Origin: Candidatus Bathyarchaeota archaeon
GTDB lineage: Archaea > Thermoproteota > Bathyarchaeia > Bathyarchaeales > Bathycorpusculaceae
Reading direction: 5' to 3'
Length of the DNA: 64,000 bases
Assembly: GCA_963733095.1 (NCBI GenBank)
Contig: CAVTBV010000016.1
Coordinates: forward strand, 32,001 to 96,000
Shown here piece after piece: positions 28,465-38,109 of the stretch (the first letter of the stretch is position 1; the number at the start of each line of letters is the position of its first letter). The position numbers and the translations under genes were made by a program. The notes under the pieces were generated by a model. It ran no database searches. It was not told the origin of the DNA and worked only from the letters and a program-made list of their open reading frames with translations.

Positions 28465-28992
28465 TTAGACTGGTCCTTGTTCAATTGGCATTATGCCTAT
28501 AATGCGAGAGGAAAGCAACCCGAAGAACAGTGAACAGATGGGGTACCAGTAGAATACTGGGATTGCATTAGGAGATACCTTAGATAAGCCATCAACAATG
28601 TGATGTGCATTGGCAATCGAGCCTATTCCAGGAATGAAAGCCATCTGGGTGCTGCCAAATACAGGCGTCAAGACTAAGAACCAAACGATAAGATACACAA
28701 AAGATATTCCGAACTGGGCAATTTGAGGTTTCATCATTTTTGCTTGCATATTCTTTATTTGAGAATCTTTCTTCTTTAGTTTTTCAACTTGCTTTTTATC
28801 GTTTGCACGCATAGCAGCCATGGTTTCTGAGCGGTACTCAGCCATTTCTTTTTGCATGACACGGTATTGTTCCCAGCCGACGAAGTAGTTGATTAAAACT
28901 CTGTTAATTCCAGAGTTTAAGAAAGCAATTCCAGCTGCAATAGCCATAATGATTAAAGTTGCCAAAGGCAACGAGGTAACTACTTCAGACAT
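28465..28992 (-). CDS. DUF106 / EMC3-TMCO1 (Oxa1 superfamily) membrane insertase
   Basis: TM, coiled coil, TMs, WY motif; lies downstream of secY. Confidence 0.88.
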   Translation of the reverse strand: MSEVVTSLPLATLIIMAIAAGIAFLNSGINRVLINYFVGWEQYRVMQKEMAEYRSETMAAMRANDKKQVEKLKKKDSQIKNMQAKMMKPQIAQFGISFVYLIVWFLVLTPVFGSTQMAFIPGIGSIANAHHIVDGLSKVSPNAIPVFYWYPICSLFFGLLSSRIIGIMPIEQGPV

Positions 28993-29140
28993 TTGGTTTT
29001 CCTCTTACCGCTCTAAGTCTATGCCTACATGTTTCTTATTAATAACCGTTTTCACCTATTTCGGCTCTAAACGAGCTAAAACTGTTTTTAAATTTTGGGG
29101 AAGCATGGGGACATTGGTTTCAATTAGAAATTTGCCGCTT

Positions 29141-29680
29141 TCAGGGTGACGCGGCTTTGGCAATTTCACGTGCCCAAGCTTCAATACTGCTCCAATCTCT
29201 AGTATCTTTCACTTTGGTAGTATCTAAACCGTTTTTCCGCAGCTTTTTCCGGTTAACCCTAACGAGAACGTCAACGAATAAACCGTGACTTTTGCTGAAG
29301 TCCAAGAACCCGCCGAATAAACCTAAACCAAAGGGTTTCAGCCCGAATTTTTCGGCCGTTTTTTCCAGATAAAGTTTTTTTGCTTTCTCTCGGGATTCTT
29401 TTCCTCCGTCAGCCATTTGTCCGCTAACAAACAAAGCAGTCTTCTTGGCCCTGAGAGAAACTGCGTTTTTTTCCATGAAATTAAGGGTTTCGTTGGTCCA
29501 TTTGTCGGCTCTCATACCGCTTCCTACGACGATGAGGTCGTATGAGTCAACGTTTTGGGGGCTGCGTTTGGCATCGACTACGTTGACAGCGCAGCCTTCT
29601 TCTTTTAGGACTTCACCAATTTTTTCAGCTACCTTAACGGTGCTTCCCCATCTAGTCCCGTAGATTACTAGTACATTCAT
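29141..29680 (-). CDS. Flavodoxin-domain protein (HemG-like)
   Basis: VIYGTRWGST FMN loop; DTRDW.SIEAWA. Confidence 0.85.
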   Translation of the reverse strand: MNVLVIYGTRWGSTVKVAEKIGEVLKEEGCAVNVVDAKRSPQNVDSYDLIVVGSGMRADKWTNETLNFMEKNAVSLRAKKTALFVSGQMADGGKESREKAKKLYLEKTAEKFGLKPFGLGLFGGFLDFSKSHGLFVDVLVRVNRKKLRKNGLDTTKVKDTRDWSSIEAWAREIAKAASP

Positions 29681-29860
29681 AATTTTTTCACGCTTTAAAT
29701 AATTCTTAGTTAATAGGTTTTCGATGAAGGAATTTATTAATCATATTATGGACAAATAAGCATCCCAATGTATTTAGGCCAAATTAAAAAGTTTCTTTCT
29801 TTGACTATCAGGCTTAATTGAACAAAAAAGGAAAAGATTGGTGTGGATATTTTTGATAGT

Positions 29861-31294
29861 CTACTCTCCTAGAATTCTTCGGAAGGCAGGGAACATTTCT
29901 GCGGCGCGTTCACGCATTAGCAATTCATAATACTGGTAAATGATGCCTACTGACAGCAAGATACCTGTACCTGAACCGAAGGCGCCAAAGAAATCGGAGA
30001 GCCCAGCTAAGAGACCAACGATTATGCCACCTAACACTGTGACTACAGGTATGTAGCGTTTGAGTATTGCTTCGATTGGTCGTCCTGAGCGTCTGTAGCC
30101 GGGAATTTGCATTCCGCTATCCATTAGTTGCTTTGCAACTTTTGAGGGCCCTAAACCGCCGACTTCAAGCCAAATCAGTGAGAAGATTGCACAGAACACT
30201 GTGATTATACCTAGGTAAACAAATGCCTGTAGCGGTGCATTGATGACTCCTATTATGTTACGCGGTGACGTGACATAGTATGCCAAGCCACCTACAGTTT
30301 GGACACTTGAACTAACCTGTCCACTAGCTGCAGTAGTTGTTGTAACGTTATAGTCGCCTATTATCTGGAAGAACCAATTTGTTCCCGGTGCTGGTCGTCC
30401 GAATTGGCTCCAGAGTAGTTGGCTGAAGAAGTATACGTTTGCGAAGAGTGCTGAAGCAAAGATAACTGGCAAGTTTGATACGTAGAGGAGCTTGATTGGG
30501 TATCTGCTTCGGAACCCTTTGTATCCTGCATAACTCATCGGAAGCTCAATTCTAATTCCTTGGAAGTATATGACAACCATGAAAACAACGATTGTCGCAA
30601 TGAATCCCAGTAGTGAGGGTAACCCAGATGAGGTGCCGAAGACCCATTGGCTAGTGGTCAGATGACCACCCAAGAGCTCGGATAGTTGATTAACGAACAA
30701 GCCGGATGAGGGTGACAACGTGGACCATATGATGTTTTGGGCAACTCCAGCCATGATGAATAAGCTGATTCCGCTACCTAGTCCCCAGCCTTTCTGGACA
30801 AGTTCGTCCATCAACATAACGATTATGCCCGCAACCAGTAATTGTATAAAAATAACTATAATTGTGGGTCCTGCCAAGCTGCCGTACATGCCGCTTATTA
30901 TGTATGCACCTGCTTGGATTCCAGTTAATGCGATGCTGAAAACTTTGCTTGCTGAGGTAAAAAGTCCTCTGTCTTCAGAGTTCGACATGTCGCACTTGAT
31001 AATGTTGGAGCCAGCGAGTAACTGTAGAATTAATCCAGCCGTGACTATAGGGCCAATACCTAGCTCCATCAGGGTGCCACGATTAGAAGCGAAAATTACT
31101 CTTAAAGCCCCAAATTGATCTGCGGCTGAGGCTGCAACCCCGTAGAGCGGGATTTCAGTCATAACAAGGAAAATAACGAGAACGAGGGCTGTCCAGAAGA
31201 TTTTTTCGTTGAAGCTGACTTTCCGTTCAGGCTTCTTTATTTCAGGTAAAACTCTTCCAATTGGTTTGAAGAGGCTGAGGAATCTTCCGGGCAT
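29861..31294 (-). CDS. secY: Preprotein translocase SecY
   Basis: LPEIKKP, GTLMELGIGPIVTAG, IPGYR, GSGTGILL. Confidence 0.98.
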   Translation of the reverse strand: MPGRFLSLFKPIGRVLPEIKKPERKVSFNEKIFWTALVLVIFLVMTEIPLYGVAASAADQFGALRVIFASNRGTLMELGIGPIVTAGLILQLLAGSNIIKCDMSNSEDRGLFTSASKVFSIALTGIQAGAYIISGMYGSLAGPTIIVIFIQLLVAGIIVMLMDELVQKGWGLGSGISLFIMAGVAQNIIWSTLSPSSGLFVNQLSELLGGHLTTSQWVFGTSSGLPSLLGFIATIVVFMVVIYFQGIRIELPMSYAGYKGFRSRYPIKLLYVSNLPVIFASALFANVYFFSQLLWSQFGRPAPGTNWFFQIIGDYNVTTTTAASGQVSSSVQTVGGLAYYVTSPRNIIGVINAPLQAFVYLGIITVFCAIFSLIWLEVGGLGPSKVAKQLMDSGMQIPGYRRSGRPIEAILKRYIPVVTVLGGIIVGLLAGLSDFFGAFGSGTGILLSVGIIYQYYELLMRERAAEMFPAFRRILGE

Positions 31295-31303
31295 TTAGAG
31301 GTT

Positions 31304-31714
31304 TTACTCTCCGTTGGTTTGGGGAGCTACGATTTTTCCGCCTGCTTGGACGACTTTTTCTGCCGCGGACTTTGAATGTGACGCTACATGTATAGTTAGG
31401 GGTTTAGTGATTTTTCCTGCGCCCAAGAGTTTGGTGTACCCAAGGTCGGTTAGGTTGATTTCGGGTCCCTGTGCGAGTTGGTCGAGTTTGATAAGGTTGA
31501 TTGTGTTTTCTTTTGTGTGTAGGCTTTGGGGTGAAGTGAAACCGTGTTTTCCGAAATAGTTGGGTTCAGATGTAACGATTAAGCTCCAGAGGTGTTTGTG
31601 GCGTCCTACTTTTCTTGCACCTTTACTGCCACTGTCTCTGTGCTGCCCTATTCTTCCGTAACCTTGCGTTCTTGAGCCTCTTGTTTTCCTGATTTTTCTT
31701 AGTTTATGTGGCAT
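31304..31714 (-). CDS. rpl15: 50S ribosomal protein uL15
   Basis: RGSRTQGYGRIGQHR, FGKHGF, KLLGAG. Confidence 0.96.
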   Translation of the reverse strand: MPHKLRKIRKTRGSRTQGYGRIGQHRDSGSKGARKVGRHKHLWSLIVTSEPNYFGKHGFTSPQSLHTKENTINLIKLDQLAQGPEINLTDLGYTKLLGAGKITKPLTIHVASHSKSAAEKVVQAGGKIVAPQTNGE

Positions 31715-32147
31715 TTTGATCCGCTTCTTTATCTAATGTTTGTGCTTTTTTAAGCTTGATTTCGAGCACACCATTCTTGAATTTGGTGTGCATCGCGTTG
31801 GGAATCACTACCGTCGGAAGATTTAAACTTTTATAGTATCTTCGATCTTTTGACTTTGCCGACAGCGTAATTTTCTGGTCTTTCACACTTATCTTGAGAG
31901 ATTCCTTATTAAAGCCTACTATTTCTGCTACGATGGTAACAAAGTTGTTTTCTTGGAAGATGTCGATTAAAGGCTTTTGTTCTGCCAGGTTGCGTTTAAC
32001 GAAGCTCTTGGACGGGCGAAAGCTCGGGTGTGCAAGCATATTCTTTAACCTCTGAGTTTTCTGGGTATTTTTAGGTTTCTTGTCCGTTACCCCGTTAAAA
32101 TCTAGCCATTTTCGGTTCTTGCTGGTTCGTCTCCATCTTGCACTCAA
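31704..32147 (-). CDS. Hsp20/alpha-crystallin domain protein
   Basis: PLIDIF....TIVAEI.G...KFKNGVLEIKLKK. Confidence 0.8.
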   Translation of the reverse strand: MSARWRRTSKNRKWLDFNGVTDKKPKNTQKTQRLKNMLAHPSFRPSKSFVKRNLAEQKPLIDIFQENNFVTIVAEIVGFNKESLKISVKDQKITLSAKSKDRRYYKSLNLPTVVIPNAMHTKFKNGVLEIKLKKAQTLDKEADQNAT

Positions 32148-32564
32148 TGTATCTTTCCCCCTCCGATTAACTAACGCATTTCTCAGTTGACATTATAAAA
32201 TGTATCGCACATAAAGGATGACAAATTACCTAAACAACACAAAGCAAAATACTCATGAAAACAGCGATTGTACGGTAGTTTGAGTAAAGAAACATAAGGT
32301 TTATGGTTAGCGAGGAGTTGCGGGGGGTCTTTGGTTTAAACATGTTAATGGCAGTGGAAAAGAGCAATACTGACCTAACTCCCTAAGGTTTTAACATAGA
32401 ACCTCTATAAGCCCCCTAACAGGGGGTACAGTTTATCCTTCTTTACATCCTCACTGCAATGAGCAAATAAGGACCTAATCAAGAAACTTTGGCATGACTG
32501 TTATTTTTAAAAAAGGTTTAATTGGTTGTTTATTTTTATTTTGAATTAGGTTGGAGGTGAATTT

Positions 32565-33038
32565 TTGGATTTTTTTGGTCATAAAACACAGCCCAAGGTT
32601 ATATTGTCTTATGAGGTGTTAACTAAATGCCAGTGTGCAAAGTGCCCAGTTCAAGCCGAGAGCCAATGCGCCAAGCCCAAGATTGCTGCTAGAGATAAAA
32701 TGCTTGCTGACATGAACTCTGGAAATGTTCAGGGGATTTTGGGTTCTGTAATGATGCAGAACATAGATATGATGAAAAACATGACTCCTGAAATGATGAG
32801 AAACATGTCTCAAGAACAGATGAAGAGCATGAGCGATGAAATGATGAAGAATGCGCCAATGATGCCTAAAATTGAAGATATGCCTGGACCCTACTGCGCG
32901 AACGGCGTTGCATCCTGCAAAGACCTTAATTTCAGCAAGGCATGTATTTGCGCCAGCTGCCAAGTTTTCAGAGATTTTAACCTTATTAAGACCAAACCCA
33001 CAAGCTACTTCTGCAAAGACGGCAAAGCTACGTCCTAA
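32565..33038 (+). CDS. DUF2769-like Cys-rich protein with Met-rich insertion
   Basis: CQCAKCPV...C, YCANG...C, CICASC, YFCKDG; SD GGAGGTG. Confidence 0.75.
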   Translation: MDFFGHKTQPKVILSYEVLTKCQCAKCPVQAESQCAKPKIAARDKMLADMNSGNVQGILGSVMMQNIDMMKNMTPEMMRNMSQEQMKSMSDEMMKNAPMMPKIEDMPGPYCANGVASCKDLNFSKACICASCQVFRDFNLIKTKPTSYFCKDGKATS

Positions 33039-33422
33039 AACTATGAAAAGCATCAGTTTCTATTTTATAATATTTTTTTTACCACTCTTTGTTCCCCTTA
33101 GTTATTGATTGAGAACCATTTTTAAAGAGAGAGAGATAAAAGTGCCACAGTTGAAGTTGTATTGCCAGTCATAATGGTAATTACAATCGTCGAAGTCTTA
33201 GTTTTTTTTAAAAAAAAATAACCTCCAAAACATACCGTGAACACATGTTCTAAATACCAATTGATCGTGCTGTACCTCGAGCAATAGTGAGTTCAGAGAT
33301 TTCAAGAATGATCAATTGAATCTAGGTTGAATGGTAGAAAAAATAAAACAATACAGAAACTTTGTTTAAAAAACTAAAATCAAAAGTTGAATAAAACAAA
33401 AATGATGGGTTGCGCTGGTTGT

Positions 33423-33911
33423 TTAGACCATGCGTTGAACTAATGCGTTGATTGCTTCTCCGCGGTAGCCTGCTTCGCCGCCTGCTTGGAAGCCTTTTTT
33501 GGTTTTGCCCTTGTAGCCTTTGCTTGGTGGATGTAGTCTGAAGCGAGGTTGGATGTCTTGAAGTTTTCCGAATTGAACTTTGCAGCTAACTATGTCTTCT
33601 GCGAGGTCATCGACGCTTTTGTAACCAATTTTTTTAAGGTATTCTTCGGTTAGTTTTTTGTCGCCTGCTAAGAGGGCGCGTTTCTGTATCATCATGGCTA
33701 CGGTTTCTTTGGTAGGTTCGCCGTAGGTGATGTAGCTGTTTACGCGTTGCAACATGCCTTTGTAGGCTGGTCGACTATCGATTAGGATTGCATGGTTGGT
33801 GTGGTTTAAGTGGAGTAGATCAAGGGTTTCTCTAGCTTCACGTTGAGCACTGACGAGTCCACGGATTCGCACTACGACGAGAGGTTTGCATTCTTCTGTT
33901 TTCTGCGCCAT
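33423..33911 (-). CDS. rpl30: 50S ribosomal protein uL30
   Basis: VVRIRG, FRLHPP, GYRGEAIN. Confidence 0.95.
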   Translation of the reverse strand: MAQKTEECKPLVVVRIRGLVSAQREARETLDLLHLNHTNHAILIDSRPAYKGMLQRVNSYITYGEPTKETVAMMIQKRALLAGDKKLTEEYLKKIGYKSVDDLAEDIVSCKVQFGKLQDIQPRFRLHPPSKGYKGKTKKGFQAGGEAGYRGEAINALVQRMV

Positions 33912-33912
33912 T

Positions 33913-34566
33913 TTACTTCACCCAGTCCACTGTGGTAATCAAATTATAAGTCTTCCTCAATCCATCAAAGATTGCGCATGCATAAGATGGCACGGTTCTT
34001 GTGGAGCCGAAGCTTCGCATCCACAGGTCTTTTACGCCGGCTAAGCCTAAGATGACTTTTGCGACTTCGCTTGAAACTAAGCCTAAGCCTCTTGGACCTG
34101 GAACGATGACTACTCGAACACCGCCACATTTGCCTTCTACTTCGAATGGGACAGAGTGTGGTTTTCCGCAGCCGCATTCCCAACTGCCGCATCCGCGTTT
34201 AACGGGGATTATGTTTAGGCGTGCATTTACTGCTGCCTTTTCTATGGCATTCCTTACTTGGCTGGCTTTTCCGCTGCCAAGGCCAATGTAGCCGTCTCGG
34301 TTGCCGACTGCAACGATGGCTTTGAATCGTGATTTTTCGCCTGCGTCAGTTTGTTTCTGTACTAAGTTAACGTTGATGACTTCTTCTTGCAGGTCAGGAA
34401 TCAGGGAATCCACGATTTGGGATTCAGAGATTTTTATGCCGCTCAGGAAAACGTCTTCGATGCTGGTGATTTTACCTTCCTGAATCAGCTTACCCAACCT
34501 AGTTTTTGGAACCCAAGTTTCTAAGTTAGTTGTCCGCTTTTCTCTTTCGTTTCTGTTTCTGCTCAT
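33913..34566 (-). CDS. rps5: 30S ribosomal protein uS5
   Basis: WVPKTRLG, QKQTDAGE, RGCGSWEC. Confidence 0.97.
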   Translation of the reverse strand: MSRNRNEREKRTTNLETWVPKTRLGKLIQEGKITSIEDVFLSGIKISESQIVDSLIPDLQEEVINVNLVQKQTDAGEKSRFKAIVAVGNRDGYIGLGSGKASQVRNAIEKAAVNARLNIIPVKRGCGSWECGCGKPHSVPFEVEGKCGGVRVVIVPGPRGLGLVSSEVAKVILGLAGVKDLWMRSFGSTRTVPSYACAIFDGLRKTYNLITTVDWVK

Positions 34567-35417
34567 TCTTTCTTTCCACCTTTCTTAGGAGCCTTTGGTT
34601 TTGGCTCTTTTTCTTTAGGTGCAGCCTTTCCTTTTGGCGCCTTCTCTTTTGGGGCTTTCTCTTTGGTTGCTTTGGCTACAGCTTTGACCTTAGCAGGTTT
34701 TGCTTCTACTGGTTTCTTTTCTTTAGCTTTAGCTGGAACTTTTTCTTTGGGTGCCGCTTCGACTGCTGCTTTGGGAGCTTTTTCTTTTGTGGCAACTATC
34801 GGTTTGGCGGCTTCTGCTCGTAGTTTAGCGCTCTTAGTTCCAGCCAAGATGTCAGCCTTAACCTTGGCTAAGTGTTCAGCGATTTTTTCTGGGGCAATCC
34901 CCTTTGCGGTGTACTGCGAGAATTTGGCGGTGTATTCTTCTGAGCTTGCGCCTAAGTTTTTCGCGTATTTAGCAATGTGGTCACCTTTTAGGCGTTCTTT
35001 AACGATTTTGTCTTCCCTGTGAGGAACTTCAACGCCTCCGTCTACGACTCCGCTTAGGATAGCGAAGATCTTTGAGCCTTTCGTGGGTGAAACCAAGCCT
35101 ATGTCGAGGATTGCTTCGTTTATGCCGGCGGCTTTTGCTTTCACACCGCAGAGTAAACCTGTTAGGTAAGCAGCGGGAATGTTGCCTGTTGGAGCTCTCC
35201 AACCGTAGGATTTGAGAAGTTCGCGGCTGTTGGCTGATGCTAAAACTTCGTCCCCATGGGGCTTAGCGATTATGATTTGTACTTCAACATTCCTGATTGA
35301 CGCTCTTGTTACAAGCCGGGGTTTTCTGGATGTAACTAGAGCCTTACGTGCTTGGTAATCAGTTTTTCCTTCACGTCTACGTCGCAATTGTACTCGGTAA
35401 CTTGCATTTTTCGCCAT
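34563..35417 (-). CDS. rpl18: 50S ribosomal protein uL18 with Lys/Ala/Pro-rich C-terminal tail
   Basis: RRRREGKTDY, GNIPAAYLTG. Confidence 0.96.
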   Translation of the reverse strand: MAKNASYRVQLRRRREGKTDYQARKALVTSRKPRLVTRASIRNVEVQIIIAKPHGDEVLASANSRELLKSYGWRAPTGNIPAAYLTGLLCGVKAKAAGINEAILDIGLVSPTKGSKIFAILSGVVDGGVEVPHREDKIVKERLKGDHIAKYAKNLGASSEEYTAKFSQYTAKGIAPEKIAEHLAKVKADILAGTKSAKLRAEAAKPIVATKEKAPKAAVEAAPKEKVPAKAKEKKPVEAKPAKVKAVAKATKEKAPKEKAPKGKAAPKEKEPKPKAPKKGGKKE

Positions 35418-35873
35418 CTAACGTTTCCTCCAAAGATCATGCGCTTTCAAACTGCGCTCTAAATCAGCTATAGACTCAAACCGTCCACTTCCAGCCATCC
35501 TATAGTATTGAGTGTAGGTAGTTTCGGCTATGACTTTTCTTGCTTTCAAATCTCTAAGTTTGCGCCGTAGAGAACGAACTCTTATCATCCAAGCTTCTTT
35601 CTTGGTGACTTTTGCGTGGGCAGCGCCTGTTAGGCTTCCTGGACCACTTCGTCTACCCAGAAGTTTTTTGGCTCGGATAACCTTTGCTCGGGATCTGCTT
35701 ACGCCTTTCTGAGGTAACGAAACTATGATTTTTTCATGAATCAGTTTTCTGACTTCTTCACGGGTAATTGCACCTTCAACATCGTCCATGCGTTCAGGAT
35801 TAATCCAAACACGATTTTGCCCAATCTTGAGGATTTGAGCAGCTAAACGTCTTTGTCCGGCTAGGTCGGTCAT
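35418..35873 (-). CDS. rpl19e: 50S ribosomal protein eL19
   Basis: QRRLAAQIL.IG.NRVWI, AITREEVR. Confidence 0.96.
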   Translation of the reverse strand: MTDLAGQRRLAAQILKIGQNRVWINPERMDDVEGAITREEVRKLIHEKIIVSLPQKGVSRSRAKVIRAKKLLGRRSGPGSLTGAAHAKVTKKEAWMIRVRSLRRKLRDLKARKVIAETTYTQYYRMAGSGRFESIADLERSLKAHDLWRKR

Positions 35874-36433
35874 TGTTTCTTTTCTCCCTTCTTTGGTTTA
35901 GATTTGGTTTTTTTAGGAGCTTTCTTTTTGGTTTCTTTCTTGGGTTTTTTCTCTGCTTTCTCGACTTTGGGCTCTTTAACTTCTGCTTCTGGCGCTTCGC
36001 CTTCTGTGCTTTCTTCGGTTTTCTCTTCTGCTTCCTTGGAAACTTTGACGTTCAAGATTTTGATGTTAAGGTTTTTGGCTTCTGCGATGATTAGGGCACG
36101 TTTTCGTTTACCGACCGTGTGGGCGATGCGTGCAGCTTGAATGTTAGGGTCGATGGTTGAGAGGTCTGCTACGTTGTAAACTATGACTTCACGGTATCCT
36201 GAAGGGTGAAGGAATCGGGCAATTTTTGGTCCCTTATAGCCCGCGCTGGGTCCTGGTGGCCAGCCCTTGATTTTTCGGCGGATCTTGTTGTCTAAGCCAC
36301 GGGGTTTTCTCCAGCTTAGGCTGAAGCGGTCGTATTTCCAGCTTTCTGCCCGTACGAATTTGGGTTTTTTGTTTCTAGCGCGCTCTCTAAGTTTGAGTGC
36401 TTCGCGTGATAAGGAGGGTTTCTTTTCGGTCAT
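35870..36433 (-). CDS. rpl32e: 50S ribosomal protein eL32 with Glu/Lys-rich tail
   Basis: WRKPRGLDNKIR, LHPSGY. Confidence 0.96.
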   Translation of the reverse strand: MTEKKPSLSREALKLRERARNKKPKFVRAESWKYDRFSLSWRKPRGLDNKIRRKIKGWPPGPSAGYKGPKIARFLHPSGYREVIVYNVADLSTIDPNIQAARIAHTVGKRKRALIIAEAKNLNIKILNVKVSKEAEEKTEESTEGEAPEAEVKEPKVEKAEKKPKKETKKKAPKKTKSKPKKGEKKQ

Positions 36434-36978
36434 TATGCCATTCCTTCGTTTCTTTCATAAACATATATACCGTCGAGGAAAACTCGGGGGTCTTTGTTTC
36501 GCACACGTGTAGCCTGTTCAATATTGGCGGCGGTTTGACTAACTTCTTCCAAGTTTGTGCCTTCAACGATTATGTCGTCAGGTTCAATTTTTACTTTGAC
36601 TCCACTGGTTAGTTTTATTCTGCGGGGTCTGCGTTCACCCGTAAAGTTTTCTATTAAGATGGATTTGTCTTGAAGTTTTACTGATATTGGGAAGTGGGAG
36701 AAGACGATTTTGAGTTTGTATTGGTAGCCTTTTGTTACTCCAGTTATCATGTTGTTTATGTGTGAGTAGATTGTACCTACGAGAGCAGCTTCCTTTTTGC
36801 GTGGCCACTTTGCCCAGATGCGGACAGTCTTCCCTTCGCCTTCTATTGAGATGGGTGCAAACGAGAAGTCGCGTGTTAATGTGCCTTTTGCGCCTTTAAC
36901 GTTGATTTTTTTGCCTTCCAAACTTAATGTTACGTCGTCAGGAACTTGAACGGTTTTAGATACTTCTGGAAGCCGCAT
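36433..36978 (-). CDS. rpl6: 50S ribosomal protein uL6
   Basis: SHFPISV, KDPRVFLDGIY. Confidence 0.97.
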   Translation of the reverse strand: MRLPEVSKTVQVPDDVTLSLEGKKINVKGAKGTLTRDFSFAPISIEGEGKTVRIWAKWPRKKEAALVGTIYSHINNMITGVTKGYQYKLKIVFSHFPISVKLQDKSILIENFTGERRPRRIKLTSGVKVKIEPDDIIVEGTNLEEVSQTAANIEQATRVRNKDPRVFLDGIYVYERNEGMA

Positions 36979-36991
36979 AATTATATCTCCT

Positions 36992-37375
36992 TTAATATAC
37001 GAAGGCTAAGAGCCTTCCTCCAAGGTTTTTTTCTTCAGCGTCTTTGTGGGCTATTACGCCTTTGGAAGTTGAAACAACCATTATGCCGACGTCTCTGGAT
37101 GGCAGGAACTTCTTTTCCCACTCTTCAAAGGCAGTAGATTTGACTGCGAATCGTGGTTTAACTGGGCCACACTTGTTTATTCTGCCGAGCAGTTGAACCT
37201 TGAATTTTCCTTGTCGTCCATCGTCGATAAATTCGAATTCTCCGATGTAACCGTTGAGTTGCATAATGCGTAGAACGCGTCCCAAAAGTTTAGAGGCAGG
37301 GCTAATTATGCATTCGCGCTTGTTGCGTGTTTCATTATTTTTTATGGTTATCAAACCATTTGTTAAGGTATCCAT
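36992..37375 (-). CDS. rps8: 30S ribosomal protein uS8
   Basis: GYIGEFEFIDDGR, INKCGPVKPR. Confidence 0.97.
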   Translation of the reverse strand: MDTLTNGLITIKNNETRNKRECIISPASKLLGRVLRIMQLNGYIGEFEFIDDGRQGKFKVQLLGRINKCGPVKPRFAVKSTAFEEWEKKFLPSRDVGIMVVSTSKGVIAHKDAEEKNLGGRLLAFVY

Positions 37376-37389
37376 TTTTTTCTCAGCTC

Positions 37390-37554
37390 CTACTCATATT
37401 TTTTGAACCCTAATTTTGGGGCCGCTTCTCTAAAACATGTCCTACATAAATATAAATCGTAACGTCGGATGACTGGTCCGTATGAACCACATCTAACACA
37501 TGGACGTGAACCTTTGCCATATTTTCTTACTTTCTTGACTTGTTCTTTTCCCAT
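37390..37554 (-). CDS. rps14: 30S ribosomal protein uS14 (zinc-binding; not in the ORF track)
   Basis: [54 protein letters not shown]. Confidence 0.95.
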   Translation of the reverse strand: MGKEQVKKVRKYGKGSRPCVRCGSYGPVIRRYDLYLCRTCFREAAPKLGFKKYE

Positions 37555-37569
37555 ACATTCACTCTCAGT

Positions 37570-38109
37570 TTAGACGATTTCGACTCCCAAGGTTTGTTTT
37601 ATGTAGACGATTGATTCTTCCGGTGTTAACAGGTGTTTTGGACCAATGGTCTTGTTTTGTTTTCTGCGAATTTTGATTCTTTGTCCCGGGCGGTTAACAG
37701 TGACGCAGACATCCATTCCGAAGATACCGATTTCAGGGTCATATTTGACGCCTGGAATTTCAATGTGTTCTTTTAAGCCGAAGGCAAAGTTGCCGCGTTC
37801 ATCGAAGGCGCGTTTTGCAACCTTATTGTCTACCACGGGTAAGATTTTTTTGAGGAAGTCAACGGCTTTTTGCTTTCGCAAAGTTACGACGACAGCGATT
37901 GATTCGCCCTCGCGTATGCCGAAGTCTCTGATGGTTTTCTTAGCTTTCCTCTTTACGGGTGTTTGACCGGTGATTTCTTTGAGGACACTGTTTGCTTTTT
38001 CTAGTGGTTCGCCTGATTTTCCAACGTTAAGGTTCACGACAACTTTGTCGATGCGTGGCTTTAACATTGGATGTTGTTCCCATTTACTAATTATTGCTTC
38101 TTCAGACAC
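37570..38109 (-). CDS. rpl5: 50S ribosomal protein uL5
   Basis: KVVVNLNVG, EHIEIPGVKYDPEIGIFGMD. Confidence 0.97.
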   Translation of the reverse strand: MSEEAIISKWEQHPMLKPRIDKVVVNLNVGKSGEPLEKANSVLKEITGQTPVKRKAKKTIRDFGIREGESIAVVVTLRKQKAVDFLKKILPVVDNKVAKRAFDERGNFAFGLKEHIEIPGVKYDPEIGIFGMDVCVTVNRPGQRIKIRRKQNKTIGPKHLLTPEESIVYIKQTLGVEIV

